64,000 bases of DNA, from contig CAWJYV010000010.1 of the NCBI GenBank assembly GCA_963847185.1, positions 608,001 to 672,000 of the forward strand, given 5' to 3'. The notes under the pieces are model-generated. The model was not told the origin of the DNA and made no database searches. It saw only the letters and a list, made by a program, of their open reading frames with translations. Below, one piece after another: positions 39,998-51,154 of the stretch. Each line of letters begins with the position of its first letter. Position 1 is the stretch's first letter. The position numbers were made by a program, and so were the translations under genes. The stretch comes from an uncultured Methanosarcinaceae archaeon. GTDB taxonomy: Archaea; Halobacteriota; Methanosarcinia; Methanosarcinales; Methanosarcinaceae.

Positions 39998-41440
39998 CTA
40001 TAGATATTTTTTTATAAAAGAAAGTTCATGGTCGCTGAAGCCTCCCAGAAGAAACATTGCAAATAAATAAACAAGTACGCCCATCCCTGCCATCTCGAAA
40101 AGCCTAATGATGCTTAATATCTCGAAATAGGAAATAAAGAAGTACATTGCGATTGAAGACAGAACGCTTTTAGCAATATCATAAAAATGGAATTCATACT
40201 TAATATATTTTAGAGATATATGTATACAGAGAATAGTCATAAAGAAGTATGAGAATAGGGTCGAAAAAGCAGCGCCAATAATACCTATAGAAGGTATGAG
40301 GAGGATGTTAATCAAAACATTTGAAATTGCTGCAGCAAAATTGATATAAGTTTGGGTTTTCGTTTTTTTGACAATTAATAGTGTATTGGCAAAAATTTGA
40401 TAAATTCCTGCCAGAAGGCCGGAAAAAGCAATTATAGGGATCACAAACCAGCCGGAAAGGAAATCTTCAGTCGTAAAGATTCCAAGCAAAGGTTTTGCAA
40501 GTGCTGAAAGCCCAAAAACCGCAGGAATGGAAATAAAAAGGAAATATCGCAAAGAGTAGGACATATAAGTTACTACTTTATCGGTTTTATTCTCATCAAA
40601 CAGTTTTGATAACTCCGGGAAAAGGATAAGCTGAAGAGGACTTACAAAAAGCTGTATGAGGTTACCGATGGAACATGCTGCGGAGTATATTCCCACACTC
40701 CCCAGTCCAAGAAAATATGTAACCAGATATCTGTCACTTGATTCAGTAACCCATCTTATAAGAGCATTGGGGGTTAGCGGGAGAGAAAACTGCAGATACT
40801 CCCTTATATAAATAAATCTAGGGATAACAAATCCTATCTGTGACACAATCATTAGAAAAGCGATTAAAATAATGATGCTCTGCACCAATAATGTGGCTGT
40901 TATTACGCCAAGAAGCCCGTATCCCATTTTGAGAAGTGCAAGAATAAAAAGTAGTTTTCCGAATGCTTCAAAAAGGGTCAGGTAAGAGAATTTATTGATC
41001 TGCCTGGACACTCTGAAATAATAAAGAGATATAGGCTCTATCACATTTAAGAGAATCAAAAGAGAGCCTGCCTTGATGAAATAAGTTGCTCCGGGGTCCT
41101 TGAAACCGAATGTTGCAAGAGGTTCTGCAAATGTATATAACAGAAAAGAGAGAAGAAGGCCAGACATAGTCACGAAAAAAAGGATTGAATAGACAGCTTC
41201 CCTTATTATTTTCTTATCGGTCTCAGAAGATAAAAATCTGACAAGCCCCATTGAAAGACCCATAAGTGCAAAGGGAGAAATGAGGGATACAGTGATATTG
41301 ATCTGAGCCCAGAGCCCGTAGTAATATGTTCCAAGGCTTTTTGTGATAATTGGAAGTAGAAAAAAAGTGCCCAGGCTTGTAAGCACCTGAACTGTTCCAA
41401 TAAAGCCAACATCTCTTGCAAACTTCTGGTATGACATCAA
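39998..41440 (-). CDS. Wzx-type polysaccharide flippase
   Basis: ~12-14 TM helices; LLPIITKSLG..YG, SDRYLV..LG..VGIYSAA, LIPSIGIIGAAFST. Confidence 0.9.
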   Translation of the reverse strand: MMSYQKFARDVGFIGTVQVLTSLGTFFLLPIITKSLGTYYYGLWAQINITVSLISPFALMGLSMGLVRFLSSETDKKIIREAVYSILFFVTMSGLLLSFLLYTFAEPLATFGFKDPGATYFIKAGSLLILLNVIEPISLYYFRVSRQINKFSYLTLFEAFGKLLFILALLKMGYGLLGVITATLLVQSIIILIAFLMIVSQIGFVIPRFIYIREYLQFSLPLTPNALIRWVTESSDRYLVTYFLGLGSVGIYSAACSIGNLIQLFVSPLQLILFPELSKLFDENKTDKVVTYMSYSLRYFLFISIPAVFGLSALAKPLLGIFTTEDFLSGWFVIPIIAFSGLLAGIYQIFANTLLIVKKTKTQTYINFAAAISNVLINILLIPSIGIIGAAFSTLFSYFFMTILCIHISLKYIKYEFHFYDIAKSVLSSIAMYFFISYFEILSIIRLFEMAGMGVLVYLFAMFLLGGFSDHELSFIKKYL

Positions 41441-41921
41441 ATAACCTTGAAAAAATTATGTTTTTAAAATATATTATGAAAAAACACGAAGAGAGCTTAC
41501 AAATTACTCCTACGATTTGACCCAACTCATTATCAATCTGGTATTTAAATCCTTTTAAGTCTCAAAGTTGCTATATCGATTTAAGTTCCAAAAACATTCA
41601 TTACGAATCAAAGCAATCAAAAAATCTATTGAACTCTGATTTTCAAATTTCAAGCTTATATGCCTAATTCCTCAAGTTTTAGAGGGAAAGGAATTGTAAT
41701 TACGAAAATTCGAAACAGCAATTCATATTTTTAAGCATGGGCACATACTCCGGAATTATGAGAAGCTTGTGTGCTTAATAAGTGCAATTTATTCAAAATA
41801 GGGAAACATAAGAAGTCAGATATTTTTCTTAGGAAGAGTAGAAAAGCTTTTTTGTGTTTAAATTCATTGACACAATTAAACAAATAAAAAGCCTTATTTT
41901 CAGATGAACTCTGAAGAAGCC

Positions 41922-42344
41922 TTACTTTCGAGTCTGATGTTCTCTTTTCTTTGCCTGTGAATTAAGAAAATTTAGATTAACAATATACTTTTCGAGCTCT
42001 TCTGAGGAGTGCAGAAAGGTGGATATATATTCCAAAAAGACAACTCTGCTTCCGGAAACATAATGCTTGAAAAGGCTTCTGGTGGTCAGCCGATCAACCT
42101 GTTCCAGGGATACGATTGCAAGATACATGAGTATCCGAATAAAAAATACAAGATGAAGGACGAGCATTTTGACCCATGGGCTGTCTGAACTTATTGCCAT
42201 CCCGCAAATCCAGTTGCAGAGCCTTAAAGAGTGAGAAAGGAGCCTGATTTTGTAAAACTTCAAGAAGACTGCCAGGACTAGAAGAATAGATAAGCATCCT
42301 GCTATAAGATAAATGCCCTCCATTGTTAAATCCATAAAATTCAT
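41922..42344 (-). CDS. Hypothetical membrane protein
   Basis: 140-aa ORF with two hydrophobic segments; AAGGA upstream. Confidence 0.5.
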   Translation of the reverse strand: MNFMDLTMEGIYLIAGCLSILLVLAVFLKFYKIRLLSHSLRLCNWICGMAISSDSPWVKMLVLHLVFFIRILMYLAIVSLEQVDRLTTRSLFKHYVSGSRVVFLEYISTFLHSSEELEKYIVNLNFLNSQAKKREHQTRK

Positions 42345-42523
42345 AGATCCTTACTTTCTGCTAATATTTTAATTTATGTCTTTCTTATTCATTTATGATC
42401 AATGATATAAAAGTTAAAAAGAAAAGTTTTAAAATTACAGTAAATTTTGAGAAATAAATATTTACAAATAATTGAATTAACGGAGAACTTTCTTCACTGG
42501 AAGAAATAGAGGTAGTTTTGGAT

Positions 42524-43978
42524 ATGAAAAAATATGATGTAATTGTTATCGGGGCAGGCATAAGCGGGCTTCTAGCGACTCTGACCCTTTCAAAGCACGG
42601 AAAAAAAGTCCTTTTACTTGAGAAAATGAGGTATCTGGGGGGGAACTGCAATAGTTACATGGTAGACGGTTATCAGGTAGATACCGGAGTACACGCGATT
42701 ACTCACCTGATGGAAGGGCCTCTGAAAATGTTGATGGATAATTATTTTGATTATCTGCCTGTGTTTGAAGACTATGGGTATTACTATATCCGGACTGAAA
42801 ATACTTTTGTCAAAGTTCCTTCCAATCTGAAAGATTTCGTTACCTTTGACGTACTTCCGAGAAAGGACAGAGTTTTACTTTCCCAGACCCTTACAAAGGC
42901 TTTTACCCTTTCCTCATTCGGAATAGATCTTTCGAACCGGTCAGTACATGATTTCCTGCCTAAGAATCTTTCTGAAGACACATACAATTTTGTGGACACA
43001 ATGTGTATTTCCCTTTCTGGAAAGCCCATGAAGGAGACATCAGCCAAACGCGTCCTGTATGGCAGCAATTTTGTCAGAGACAGCATTACTCAGGAGCAGT
43101 TTGATGCCATGATAGGAAAGCTTGAGCCGAAAAAACCTCAGTCTGTAGAATCTATCCTTGCCTCAATTCTTCCGTATCATCTCCACGCTTCCCTACAGGC
43201 CAGAATGACCAAAGTCACCCATCCTTTTACATCTCTGGAAAGACTTGCAACAAATGATGTAAATTATTCTCAGGGCTACCCCAGAAAAGGATTAAAGGCT
43301 TTACTTAACGCTCTTCTCTACTCCCTTCCGGAAACAGTCGAGATCAAAAAAGAATGTGAAGTAAAATCCATTCTGACACAGGACGGAAAGATATCAGGTG
43401 TAGAAGCCGATGAGATCTATTACTCAGATCTTGTAGTTTATACAGGATTTGCAACAGAACTGCCCAGACTTGTAAAGGATCTTCCTCCAGAGTATGCAGT
43501 AGATTTAAAAGATATTGTTCATAGCAAAAGCCTGACTATCTGGCTTGGCTTGAAGGAGGAGATTCCGGAATTCAACTATACTGGCTCGGAAATTTGGTTT
43601 AAGGATCTTGCTTACTGGGCAACTCCCATCAGCAATTATGACCCATCACTTGCTCCCAAGGACAAACAGCTAATAGGCTTTTCATTTGTAATCGACGAAA
43701 ACAGTGATGAAATACAAGAACTTAAAAGAGCCTACGACACCATTTTCCGTGCAGTTCCAAACGCTGAGAAACATATAGATATGCAGCATGAGCAGATAAT
43801 GATCCCCGAAAAAGCTGCAGTCACAATCAATGGAAAGTTTGCAGATATTCGGACTCCAATTAAAAATCTCTATATTGCAGGCACGGACACTGACATGCGT
43901 AGCATGGGAATTACACGGGCTTCATATTCGATCATTGAGCTCCTGAAAACCCTTAATGAGGATGGGAATCTCCATTAA
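42524..43978 (+). CDS. FAD-dependent oxidoreductase, phytoene-dehydrogenase-like
   Basis: VIGAGISG Rossmann motif, LGGNC..DGYQVDTG, TPIKNLYIAG. Confidence 0.85.
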   Translation: MKKYDVIVIGAGISGLLATLTLSKHGKKVLLLEKMRYLGGNCNSYMVDGYQVDTGVHAITHLMEGPLKMLMDNYFDYLPVFEDYGYYYIRTENTFVKVPSNLKDFVTFDVLPRKDRVLLSQTLTKAFTLSSFGIDLSNRSVHDFLPKNLSEDTYNFVDTMCISLSGKPMKETSAKRVLYGSNFVRDSITQEQFDAMIGKLEPKKPQSVESILASILPYHLHASLQARMTKVTHPFTSLERLATNDVNYSQGYPRKGLKALLNALLYSLPETVEIKKECEVKSILTQDGKISGVEADEIYYSDLVVYTGFATELPRLVKDLPPEYAVDLKDIVHSKSLTIWLGLKEEIPEFNYTGSEIWFKDLAYWATPISNYDPSLAPKDKQLIGFSFVIDENSDEIQELKRAYDTIFRAVPNAEKHIDMQHEQIMIPEKAAVTINGKFADIRTPIKNLYIAGTDTDMRSMGITRASYSIIELLKTLNEDGNLH

Positions 43979-44771
43979 AGCTAATACGAAACTGAAGAAT
44001 TAATGAATAAGCCTAACTGGATCAAAACAAGGACTCAGTTCAAAAATCTAGTGATAAAGTAAGTGTAACGTCACTACACAAATTTATAATTGTATAATTA
44101 TGTAATGATGTTACGGCAAAAATAATGATGGCTATAAATCTTGCTCTTAATAACTTTTCGGAGCTTCCTCCTCTTTTACATCTTTTTGATATTTTTGATA
44201 ATGATTTCGAATATTTCACAAAAGGGTTTTTTCGTAGAAAAACTCCTCCGGTTTGTTCTATTTCCGACCTTCTGCAGATGTTCTCAAAAAAGCAACATTT
44301 TTCTTGCTATTGATTTTGGAGAATTATTCAAAATCTCCGGTTATTATCTCAAGTGAAGCTTTGGGAAATGGGGTTGAAAGTTTTTATTGAAAGCAAAAAG
44401 GTCGAAAATTGCAGGACATTTCAAAAATACTTTTTTGGATCGCATGCACATTTACCAGAAAAACAATAGCAGAAAAAATTGTGAAAAATTATAAGGACAT
44501 GTGCAGAAAGTGGGATACAAAACAGCGAAGAACCTAAGAATATAAAATGTGCCAATTTATACTTTCAGTCGAATCAAAACTATAGAATGGAAAAAAATAC
44601 ATTTATGGTCACGTACCTACATTTCTTCACTAATATTAAATCTAAAAATTAATCATGAACACGGAAATTTATTTTAATATTTCTTTCTTCTTCGTATTGT
44701 TTGATATTATGGAATTTCTAAACCTATATGAGTAATTGTGTTTAAAACTATTATCATTTTTTAAAATTTGG

Positions 44772-45878
44772 TTAATTTATGAGTTCACTATAAAGTTCTT
44801 GCTTAACTGCCACTCTTTTTACGGAATAATTTTTCAAGATTTCCTCTTCCTCAGACTTTACCATCATTTTTACCAGTTCTTTAAATTTGACTTTTGGCTG
44901 CCAGCCAAGTATTTTTCTGGCTTTTGAGGAATCTCCTATGAGAATATCGACTTCAGTTGGCCTGTAATATCTAGGGTCTATTTCAACTATCACTTTGCCT
45001 GTACTGGCGTCAATTCCGACTTCATCTGCACCTTTTCCCTGCCAAACGATGTCGATTCCTACTTCTCTAAATGCAAATTCCGCAAATTCTCTGACTGAAT
45101 GGGTTTCGCCTGTAGCTATAACATAATCATCGGGTTTTTTCTGCTGGAGCATGAGCCACATTGCTTCTACATAGTCTTTTGCAAAACCCCAGTCCCTTTT
45201 TGCATCAAGATTGCCCAGGTAAAGTTTATCCTGAATACCATATTTTATTCTTGCAGCAGCCATTGCAATTTTTCTTGTAACAAAAGTCTCTCCTCTGATT
45301 GGAGATTCATGATTAAAAAGAATGCCATTGCATGCGAAAATACCGTAGGTTTCTCGATATACTCTGGTTATCCAGTAGGCATATAGCTTGGCTGCTGCAT
45401 AAGGACTTATTGGATAAAAAGGAGTGTTTTCTTTCTGGGGAGTTGCCTTGACATTTCCGTAAAGGTCACTTGTTGAGGCCTGGTAGAATTTCGTCTTCTT
45501 GTCAAAGTGGAGAATACGGATGGCATCAAGTAGCCTCAAAGTTCCAAGCCCGTCTGAATCTAATGTGTATTCCGGAGTTTCAAAAGAAACCTGCACATGG
45601 CTCTGAGCCGCAAGATTATAGATTTCATCGGGCTGCAATTTCTGGATAATACGGGTAAGGTTTGTCAAATCAGTAAGATCTCCATAATGCATGAAAAAAT
45701 CGACATTATTCTCATGGGGATCTTTGTAAATATGATCTATTCTTTCAGTGTTAAAAGAGGAAGAGCGCCGCTTTATTCCGTGTACAATATATCCTTTCTC
45801 AAGCAAAAATTCGGCAAGATATGCGCCATCCTGACCTGTAATCCCTGTTATTAGTGCAATTTTCGACAACCCATTCAC
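44772..45878 (-). CDS. gmd: GDP-mannose 4,6-dehydratase
   Basis: [40 protein letters not shown]. Confidence 0.93.
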   Translation of the reverse strand: MNGLSKIALITGITGQDGAYLAEFLLEKGYIVHGIKRRSSSFNTERIDHIYKDPHENNVDFFMHYGDLTDLTNLTRIIQKLQPDEIYNLAAQSHVQVSFETPEYTLDSDGLGTLRLLDAIRILHFDKKTKFYQASTSDLYGNVKATPQKENTPFYPISPYAAAKLYAYWITRVYRETYGIFACNGILFNHESPIRGETFVTRKIAMAAARIKYGIQDKLYLGNLDAKRDWGFAKDYVEAMWLMLQQKKPDDYVIATGETHSVREFAEFAFREVGIDIVWQGKGADEVGIDASTGKVIVEIDPRYYRPTEVDILIGDSSKARKILGWQPKVKFKELVKMMVKSEEEEILKNYSVKRVAVKQELYSELIN

Positions 45879-46515
45879 TCCATTATTTTAAAACTTATGC
45901 TAAAGATTCTTGACCTGAATCATGTTTTTCATATACCCTCGTATCAAGGCTTATTTTTCCAATTTGGAGAATTGAGAACAGTTAGTACTGAGTTTTACAT
46001 CTGCAGAATTCTGGAAGTATTTTTTTCATTCTTTAAATAATTAAATAAGTGTAGCTATTTAAACTATTTGTCTTATTTCGTCAATTAATCAAAATTGTTC
46101 TTTTTGGTTATTCCTTTTTTATTTATCCCCTAATTTTCATCTATAAAGGCTAACTTTTTTTATACAATTTTTCAAATATTCCTTTTTAAAAGAATCATAA
46201 GTTTAAAATGAGGAATCAATGACTGAAACCTACAGGTATCTGCAAAATTAAATTAATCGTAGAGTCTAATGTACTTTATTGGCTCTTCGCTACTTCGAGT
46301 AGATAATTTAAAGATCGCGTACTTTAATTATGGATCAGATCCAAAAAAGAGAGTACATTTCCAGACATAGAAATATGTAGAAATGGTTCTGATGCAGCCT
46401 GTATTCTGCATTTTCCCCGTTTTCCGCAGTTTACCTTTTCATTTAAGAACGACGAAAGAGTTACTCTAGAATTACAAAATCCTAGTTTATGAAGTGTCAA
46501 TTTTTAATATATATA

Positions 46516-47653
46516 GGACTTACGCATTTGCCTGCTTTGCAGGCAACTTTTTAATTTTTTCGATATTTAGGTTAAGGTATATATTGGCTTTTTTAAAAAT
46601 TGGCTAACAGCATTTCTTGTAATGTTCCACTTTGTTTCAAACCATGTAACTCCTGTTTTTATCCTTTGAATTTCAAATCTTAGAAATGCTCTTATTGCCA
46701 TCATAATATGTGCTCTCTGCACATTGTTTCTTCTTGCCTGACAGCGTTCTACTCCACAAAACTGTTTTATTCCCCTATGATACTCTTCAATTTTCCAGGC
46801 TTTTTTCCCTAACTCTTTCCTTTTTTCTTCTTTCATATCCAGTACATCTGTAGCCCAGTATTGCGCGTCTTCGTCCTTGGAAACTATCCAAAATACCTTA
46901 ATAAAGCCATATTCTTTCAGATGAACTGTCATTCCTTCTGGTGGAATAGTTAACAATTCAATTGCTACATTACCAGTCTTATCAGGGTTAACTAACCGGT
47001 TTTTCTTCAACCTCGTTAACCAGTGCCATCCTTTTTTCCTGATTTCTTTGAGATTCTTTATGCTTGAATACCATGTATCAAAAAGAACAAATTCTGGTCT
47101 AAAACCACGTTCTTCTGCCTTATTTAGCATGTCAAGGAAGTGATCATTTTTTGTTTTTCCGTCAGTATCTATATCGTAAATTTTAAAGTCAACAGGAATT
47201 ATAGCATCATTATATGTCCAGACAACGGTTTCAAGATTGATTCCATTTACAATCTGATGATGTTTACCACTCCATTGCCTGTAAACAAGATCGATGTGTT
47301 TGGAATAAGGTTTATCGAGAACAGTATCATCGATAATAAGAAAGCCAGTTTCAGGAATGACAAAAGTCTTGACTTCGTCCCATAAAGCCTCCGTTTCCGG
47401 AGGCTGCCTTAGAAGAAGACGAGAAAAAGAGTCATGAGATGGACTATTAGAGTCTATAAAACTGCACTTAGAAGCTTCAGTACAGCTGAAGACGCGAGAA
47501 GAAGCAATGAGAAAGTTGATATAATCAAGTTCAGTGCATTTAGCAGGATTTATTTAATTCAACTCAAAGATTTTTTTTTGATTATATTGCATATATTATA
47601 TTAAAAGATGTATTTTAATATGATTTACAAAAGTGCTTCAACCGCGTAAGTCC
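46516..47653 (-). mobile_element. IS701-like insertion sequence
   Basis: TIRs GGACTTACGC / GCGTAAGTCC, flanked by TATA on both sides. Confidence 0.85.
46567..47553 (-). CDS. IS701-like DDE transposase; frame is open from an ATA at 47553
   Basis: (ATA)NPAKCTELDYINFLIA...IIDDTVLDKPY...FDTWYSS...WKIEEYHRGIKQ; 328 codons without an internal stop. Confidence 0.8.
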   Translation of the reverse strand: MNPAKCTELDYINFLIASSRVFSCTEASKCSFIDSNSPSHDSFSRLLLRQPPETEALWDEVKTFVIPETGFLIIDDTVLDKPYSKHIDLVYRQWSGKHHQIVNGINLETVVWTYNDAIIPVDFKIYDIDTDGKTKNDHFLDMLNKAEERGFRPEFVLFDTWYSSIKNLKEIRKKGWHWLTRLKKNRLVNPDKTGNVAIELLTIPPEGMTVHLKEYGFIKVFWIVSKDEDAQYWATDVLDMKEEKRKELGKKAWKIEEYHRGIKQFCGVERCQARRNNVQRAHIMMAIRAFLRFEIQRIKTGVTWFETKWNITRNAVSQFLKKPIYTLT

Positions 47654-47690
47654 TATATATACTATAACATTCAAAGGCCTGGATTTAATT

Positions 47691-48053
47691 TCAGCAGGTC
47701 ACGTGGAACATTGAAATAACCTTTCCTTTGCTTTTGTTCCATACTTTGATCGCTTTTGGAGTGGGGAGGAGTTTTACAGTACAGTCTTTTTTTTCAAAAA
47801 ACTTCTCTGCCTTTTTTGAGAGTTTAACATGCCCGTACTGGCCTGTTCCTATAATCACCTTTTCTGCTCCTTTCTCATAGATGTATTGTGCCTCTGCAAG
47901 CGACACTTTATGTGAGGTTCCATAGACTTTTTTCGAAAGCTTTTTCCTGCGCTTTTCTATATGTCCATCCATATGGATGAGAATATCGTGCTCAAAGGTC
48001 TCCTTTTTGACTGTAATCGAGCCAAAAGTTGTTGAGTTAATCATCGGTTTCAT
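47691..48053 (-). CDS. Mth938-like domain protein
   Basis: FGSITV, YGTSHKV, IIGTGQYG, C-terminal FHVTC. Confidence 0.88.
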   Translation of the reverse strand: MKPMINSTTFGSITVKKETFEHDILIHMDGHIEKRRKKLSKKVYGTSHKVSLAEAQYIYEKGAEKVIIGTGQYGHVKLSKKAEKFFEKKDCTVKLLPTPKAIKVWNKSKGKVISMFHVTC

Positions 48054-48185
48054 TGTTCACCCCGATTTTACTTATTTTCTTTTTATTTTCTTGTTATCTT
48101 CTGCTCTTACCTTATTTATCTCCTTAAGAAACAGTTTTTAATGGTTTTCTATATCTGGTGGCTAGGGTGCTTCTCATTTCAAGAA

Positions 48186-48485
48186 TAGTGTCCCGTCAAC
48201 AATAAAATGTCTTTATATTTATATCGTATTACACATAAAGAGTTTTGAGATTACTTATGAATGATACACTGTGGCACTTACTGAAGACGAACGTGAAGCT
48301 CTTCGTGAACTTATTTCAAAGGGTAAACATAACTCGCAAAATGTTCTCAACGCTCTGATCTTACTTAGTTGCGATAAAAGTGAATTTAACGCTAACCATT
48401 CAACAAATGAAGAAATCTCACGTATTTTGGACATCAGCATGAGAAAAATTGATCGTGGTAAGAAACGATTTGTTGAAGAAGATCT
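48186..48485 (+). mobile_element. Truncated IS630-family element (left end plus HTH part of the transposase)
   Basis: TA-GTGTCCCGTC end; YTVALTEDEREALRELISKGK..NALILLSCD..KKRFVEE. Confidence 0.65.
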
Positions 48486-48489
48486 TGGA

Positions 48490-48892
48490 GAATTGAGGAG
48501 ACACTAATTTAAACATGGATCTGGAAGAGAACATTTTTCTTGACATGGATACCGCAGTTCCGTTAGGCATAATCATCAATGAACTTCTTTCTAATTCCCT
48601 CAAATATGCATTTCCTAACAGAGAAGATAATGGGAAAATTCAAATCAAACATTGTAGAGAAGAAACCTCGAAAATAAAGTCAATAGAGCAGGAAACAATG
48701 ATAAGAGCTTAAAGGGTCGACAATTTTATCCTGATAGTCTCAATAATGGGATTGGCCTACCTGAAAGTGTTCCGGAATTCTGAAGGTCTTGGCATACAAC
48801 TTGTTACAACGCTTGTAGACCAGCTAGAAGGTAGAATTGAATTAAAACGAGACAACGGAATGGAGCTCATTATAAGGTTTACGGTAGTGTAA
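48490..48892 (+). pseudogene. C-terminal HATPase fragment of a HisKA_2 kinase, frameshifted
   Basis: MDLEENIFLDMDTAVPLGIIINELLSNSLKYAFP ... LGIQLVTTLVDQLEGRIELKR, paralogous to the end of 32899-36120. Confidence 0.8.
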
Positions 48893-48974
48893 AAGAAGGA
48901 GAGAAACTATTTTTTAACAGTACCGGGGATCTGTGTGATTGACAAGAAGCCAGACCATGTTATGTGCAGCTATT

Positions 48975-49241
48975 TTAAATTTTCAACAACTGACTATAAT
49001 AACGTGGGTTTTCATCAAGATTCGTTATCGTAGTTCTGGCAGTTAAGTTTGTGTCATTGAACGTAATACTGGTTCGAGGATTTTTGGCGGTTAAGATGGT
49101 ACTATTCGATTTAGGACCACTTAGCTGATTTGAGTTTTTATTTTCTGACTCAAAGTTCATACCAAGCCAGAACTCATGAAGGTTGCCTTTAAATCCGAGC
49201 TGTCGGGCTAACATATTGGTGTAGTCAGATGTGAATTTCAT
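48975..49241 (-). CDS. DUF5661-like small protein
   Basis: EFWLGMNFESE and NLDENPRYYSQL resemble the family patterns F..GM.VE.EH and HL.E.PDYY..L. Confidence 0.5.
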   Translation of the reverse strand: MKFTSDYTNMLARQLGFKGNLHEFWLGMNFESENKNSNQLSGPKSNSTILTAKNPRTSITFNDTNLTARTTITNLDENPRYYSQLLKI

Positions 49242-49394
49242 ATTTTATATATAGCATAGAACTGATTTAAACCCGATCCCTTCTAGCACTATTTAGGGAG
49301 ATTTAAAGATATTCTTCAAAATCGGACGGTTGAAACTCGGATGATTAAAACGAGGCAATAAAGATATCCTTTTTTCAGGATTGATTAGCAACTC

Positions 49395-49619
49395 ATGGAT
49401 AAGACCAAATTTTGGTATGGAATCGAAAGGAAGTCAATGAAATATATACTCTGTATAGAAAGATCTGAGAATTTAGAGAAAGACTTTATCGAAATGAAGA
49501 AGCCGTTTTCAGAAAAAAGATCCAGTAAAAAGGCTGAGCTGATTGCTCTCCACAGAATTGCAGAATCGAGAAAAACAGAGGAAAAACGCATCTGTGATAT
49601 CCTTATGCCGTTCATTTAG
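49395..49619 (+). CDS. Small basic hypothetical protein
   Basis: ORF only; the start may be the ATG near 49493. Confidence 0.35.
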   Translation: MDKTKFWYGIERKSMKYILCIERSENLEKDFIEMKKPFSEKRSSKKAELIALHRIAESRKTEEKRICDILMPFI

Positions 49620-49685
49620 TTGAGTCTGAGATGCTGGCATCCAGAGAAGATAATCCAGAGCCTTAATTTAATAGATTAAATAATT

Positions 49686-49801
49686 AGGACTTACGCACTT
49701 GAGGTACAAAACCAAGTTCCATCGACTTTGTGACCAAAATCGATATCTAGATAGTTTTAGGCTTAAAGCTATTGATATATCAGCTCAACCGCGTAAGTCA
49801 T
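49686..49801. mobile_element. 116-bp MITE carrying the same ends as the IS701-like element
   Basis: AGGACTTACGCA ... TCAACCGCGTAAGTC, matching the ends at 46515-46526 and 47638-47652. Confidence 0.85.
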
Positions 49802-50079
49802 GATAATAAAAAATCGGTGACAAGAGTAAGATTTTAGACCTTAACCGTTGAACAATGAATTCCTTTATATACCTTATCCAGAAAGTCTTCTCTCGTTCGA
49901 GATAGTGAGTCTCTATTTGTATAGGCAGATTTATATGTTCTAAGTGCTTTAGATGCATTGAAAATAAAGATCCGTATAATCATCTGTTATTAAAAACCAA
50001 TTTTGTTTTTAATCAAAGGGTTCTATACAATCTTGTTTTTGAACTATCAACTATCCGCTCAAGCGGAGGTGAAACGAAA

Positions 50080-50262
50080 ATGGCTTTTAATGACAGAAAT
50101 TTCAGGGGAAATTCCGGAGGCTTCCGCGGTAACAGCGGTCCAAGGGAAATGACAAAAGTGACCTGTTCTGACTGCGGTGTTGAGACTGAAGTTCCGTTCA
50201 AACCAACCGAAGGCAGGCCAGTATACTGCAGGGAATGTCTTCCAAACCACAGAAAATTCTAA
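50080..50262 (+). CDS. CxxC-x17-CxxC zinc-ribbon protein
   Basis: CSDCG..VPFKP..GRPVYCREC; GGAGGTGA ribosome-binding site. Confidence 0.9.
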   Translation: MAFNDRNFRGNSGGFRGNSGPREMTKVTCSDCGVETEVPFKPTEGRPVYCRECLPNHRKF

Positions 50263-50273
50263 AGATAATCTGC

Positions 50274-50339
50274 ATCAGATGTTAATCTTGTAATTAATTT
50301 TATATTAACATCTGATTCATCTTTTCTTTTTGTTTTTTT
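50274..50339 (+). terminator. Hairpin plus T-tract terminator
   Basis: atcagatgttaat...attaacatctgat (13-bp inverted repeat) followed by poly-T. Confidence 0.6.
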
Positions 50340-50485
50340 GGCTTATTCTCTTTGTTTCTTCACATATTCTTACCTCGTGCGGCTGAGAAAACTGAGAATA
50401 AAATGGCATAGAGAATGAGAACTAGTATGAACTACCAATCCCAAACTTTTGTTATTTTTTGTTAATGTTTCAAGGAGGAGTTAAT

Positions 50486-50839
50486 TTGGCTAATTACAGA
50501 AGCACTATCCGGAAGAAAAGATTAGGTTCCACAAAACCAGTAAATTCAGGAGATGCCCCTGAAACATCCAGGGTACGAATCCCCCGCAAGGAAAGAAACG
50601 AAGTCCTGGCAACGGTTTCAAGTTTACTGGGCTCAAAAAGGGTAACACTTCAGTGTATGGACGGCATTGTTCGCATGGGCCGTATCCCGGGCTCTAAACA
50701 TAAAAAAATGTGGATTCGTGAAGGTGATATTGTTATTGCCAATCCATGGGAAATTCAGGATTCCAAAGCCGAAGTAACCTGGAAATACACAAGACCTCAG
50801 ATTGAATGGCTTGAGAGAAAAGGTTACCTTAATTTCTAA
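50486..50839 (+). CDS. eif1a: Translation initiation factor aIF-1A (eIF1A)
   Basis: [38 protein letters not shown]; TTG start after GGAGGAG. Confidence 0.92.
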   Translation: MANYRSTIRKKRLGSTKPVNSGDAPETSRVRIPRKERNEVLATVSSLLGSKRVTLQCMDGIVRMGRIPGSKHKKMWIREGDIVIANPWEIQDSKAEVTWKYTRPQIEWLERKGYLNF

Positions 50840-51154
50840 TTAAGGTGGGCTAATAAAGATGCCTGATGAAGGCATCTAAAATAGAGGTATCTAAAAAGAC
50901 GCTGAAATCCTTTTTTACTTTTCTGGATTTCGCTTTGTCAATATATTTTCTTCAGACCAGTTTTAGAGTAACAATATCCTTTTGTTTAGATGACTATTTT
51001 TTCATATTAAACTGAAATTGCCAGCATTGTAACGAATTGGTAAAAGCAAAATAGATATATCGAAGAGAAAAGTGAATTAAAGAAAGATCAGTTAAAATGT
51101 CATTGTTGAGTGTTCTTCTTTTGGTCAGACTTTCAGCAAGTAATTTAATATTTT

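Noticed and set aside
39959-40000. Pyrrolysine read-through of the flippase TAG (likewise the MFS TAG at 63311)
   Set aside because: Both proteins are already complete at the C-terminus, and read-through reaches TAA within a few to 13 codons with no recognisable domain.
46260-46470. Additional degenerate MITE-like inverted repeats next to the IS701-like element
   Set aside because: The ends are too degenerate to define with confidence.
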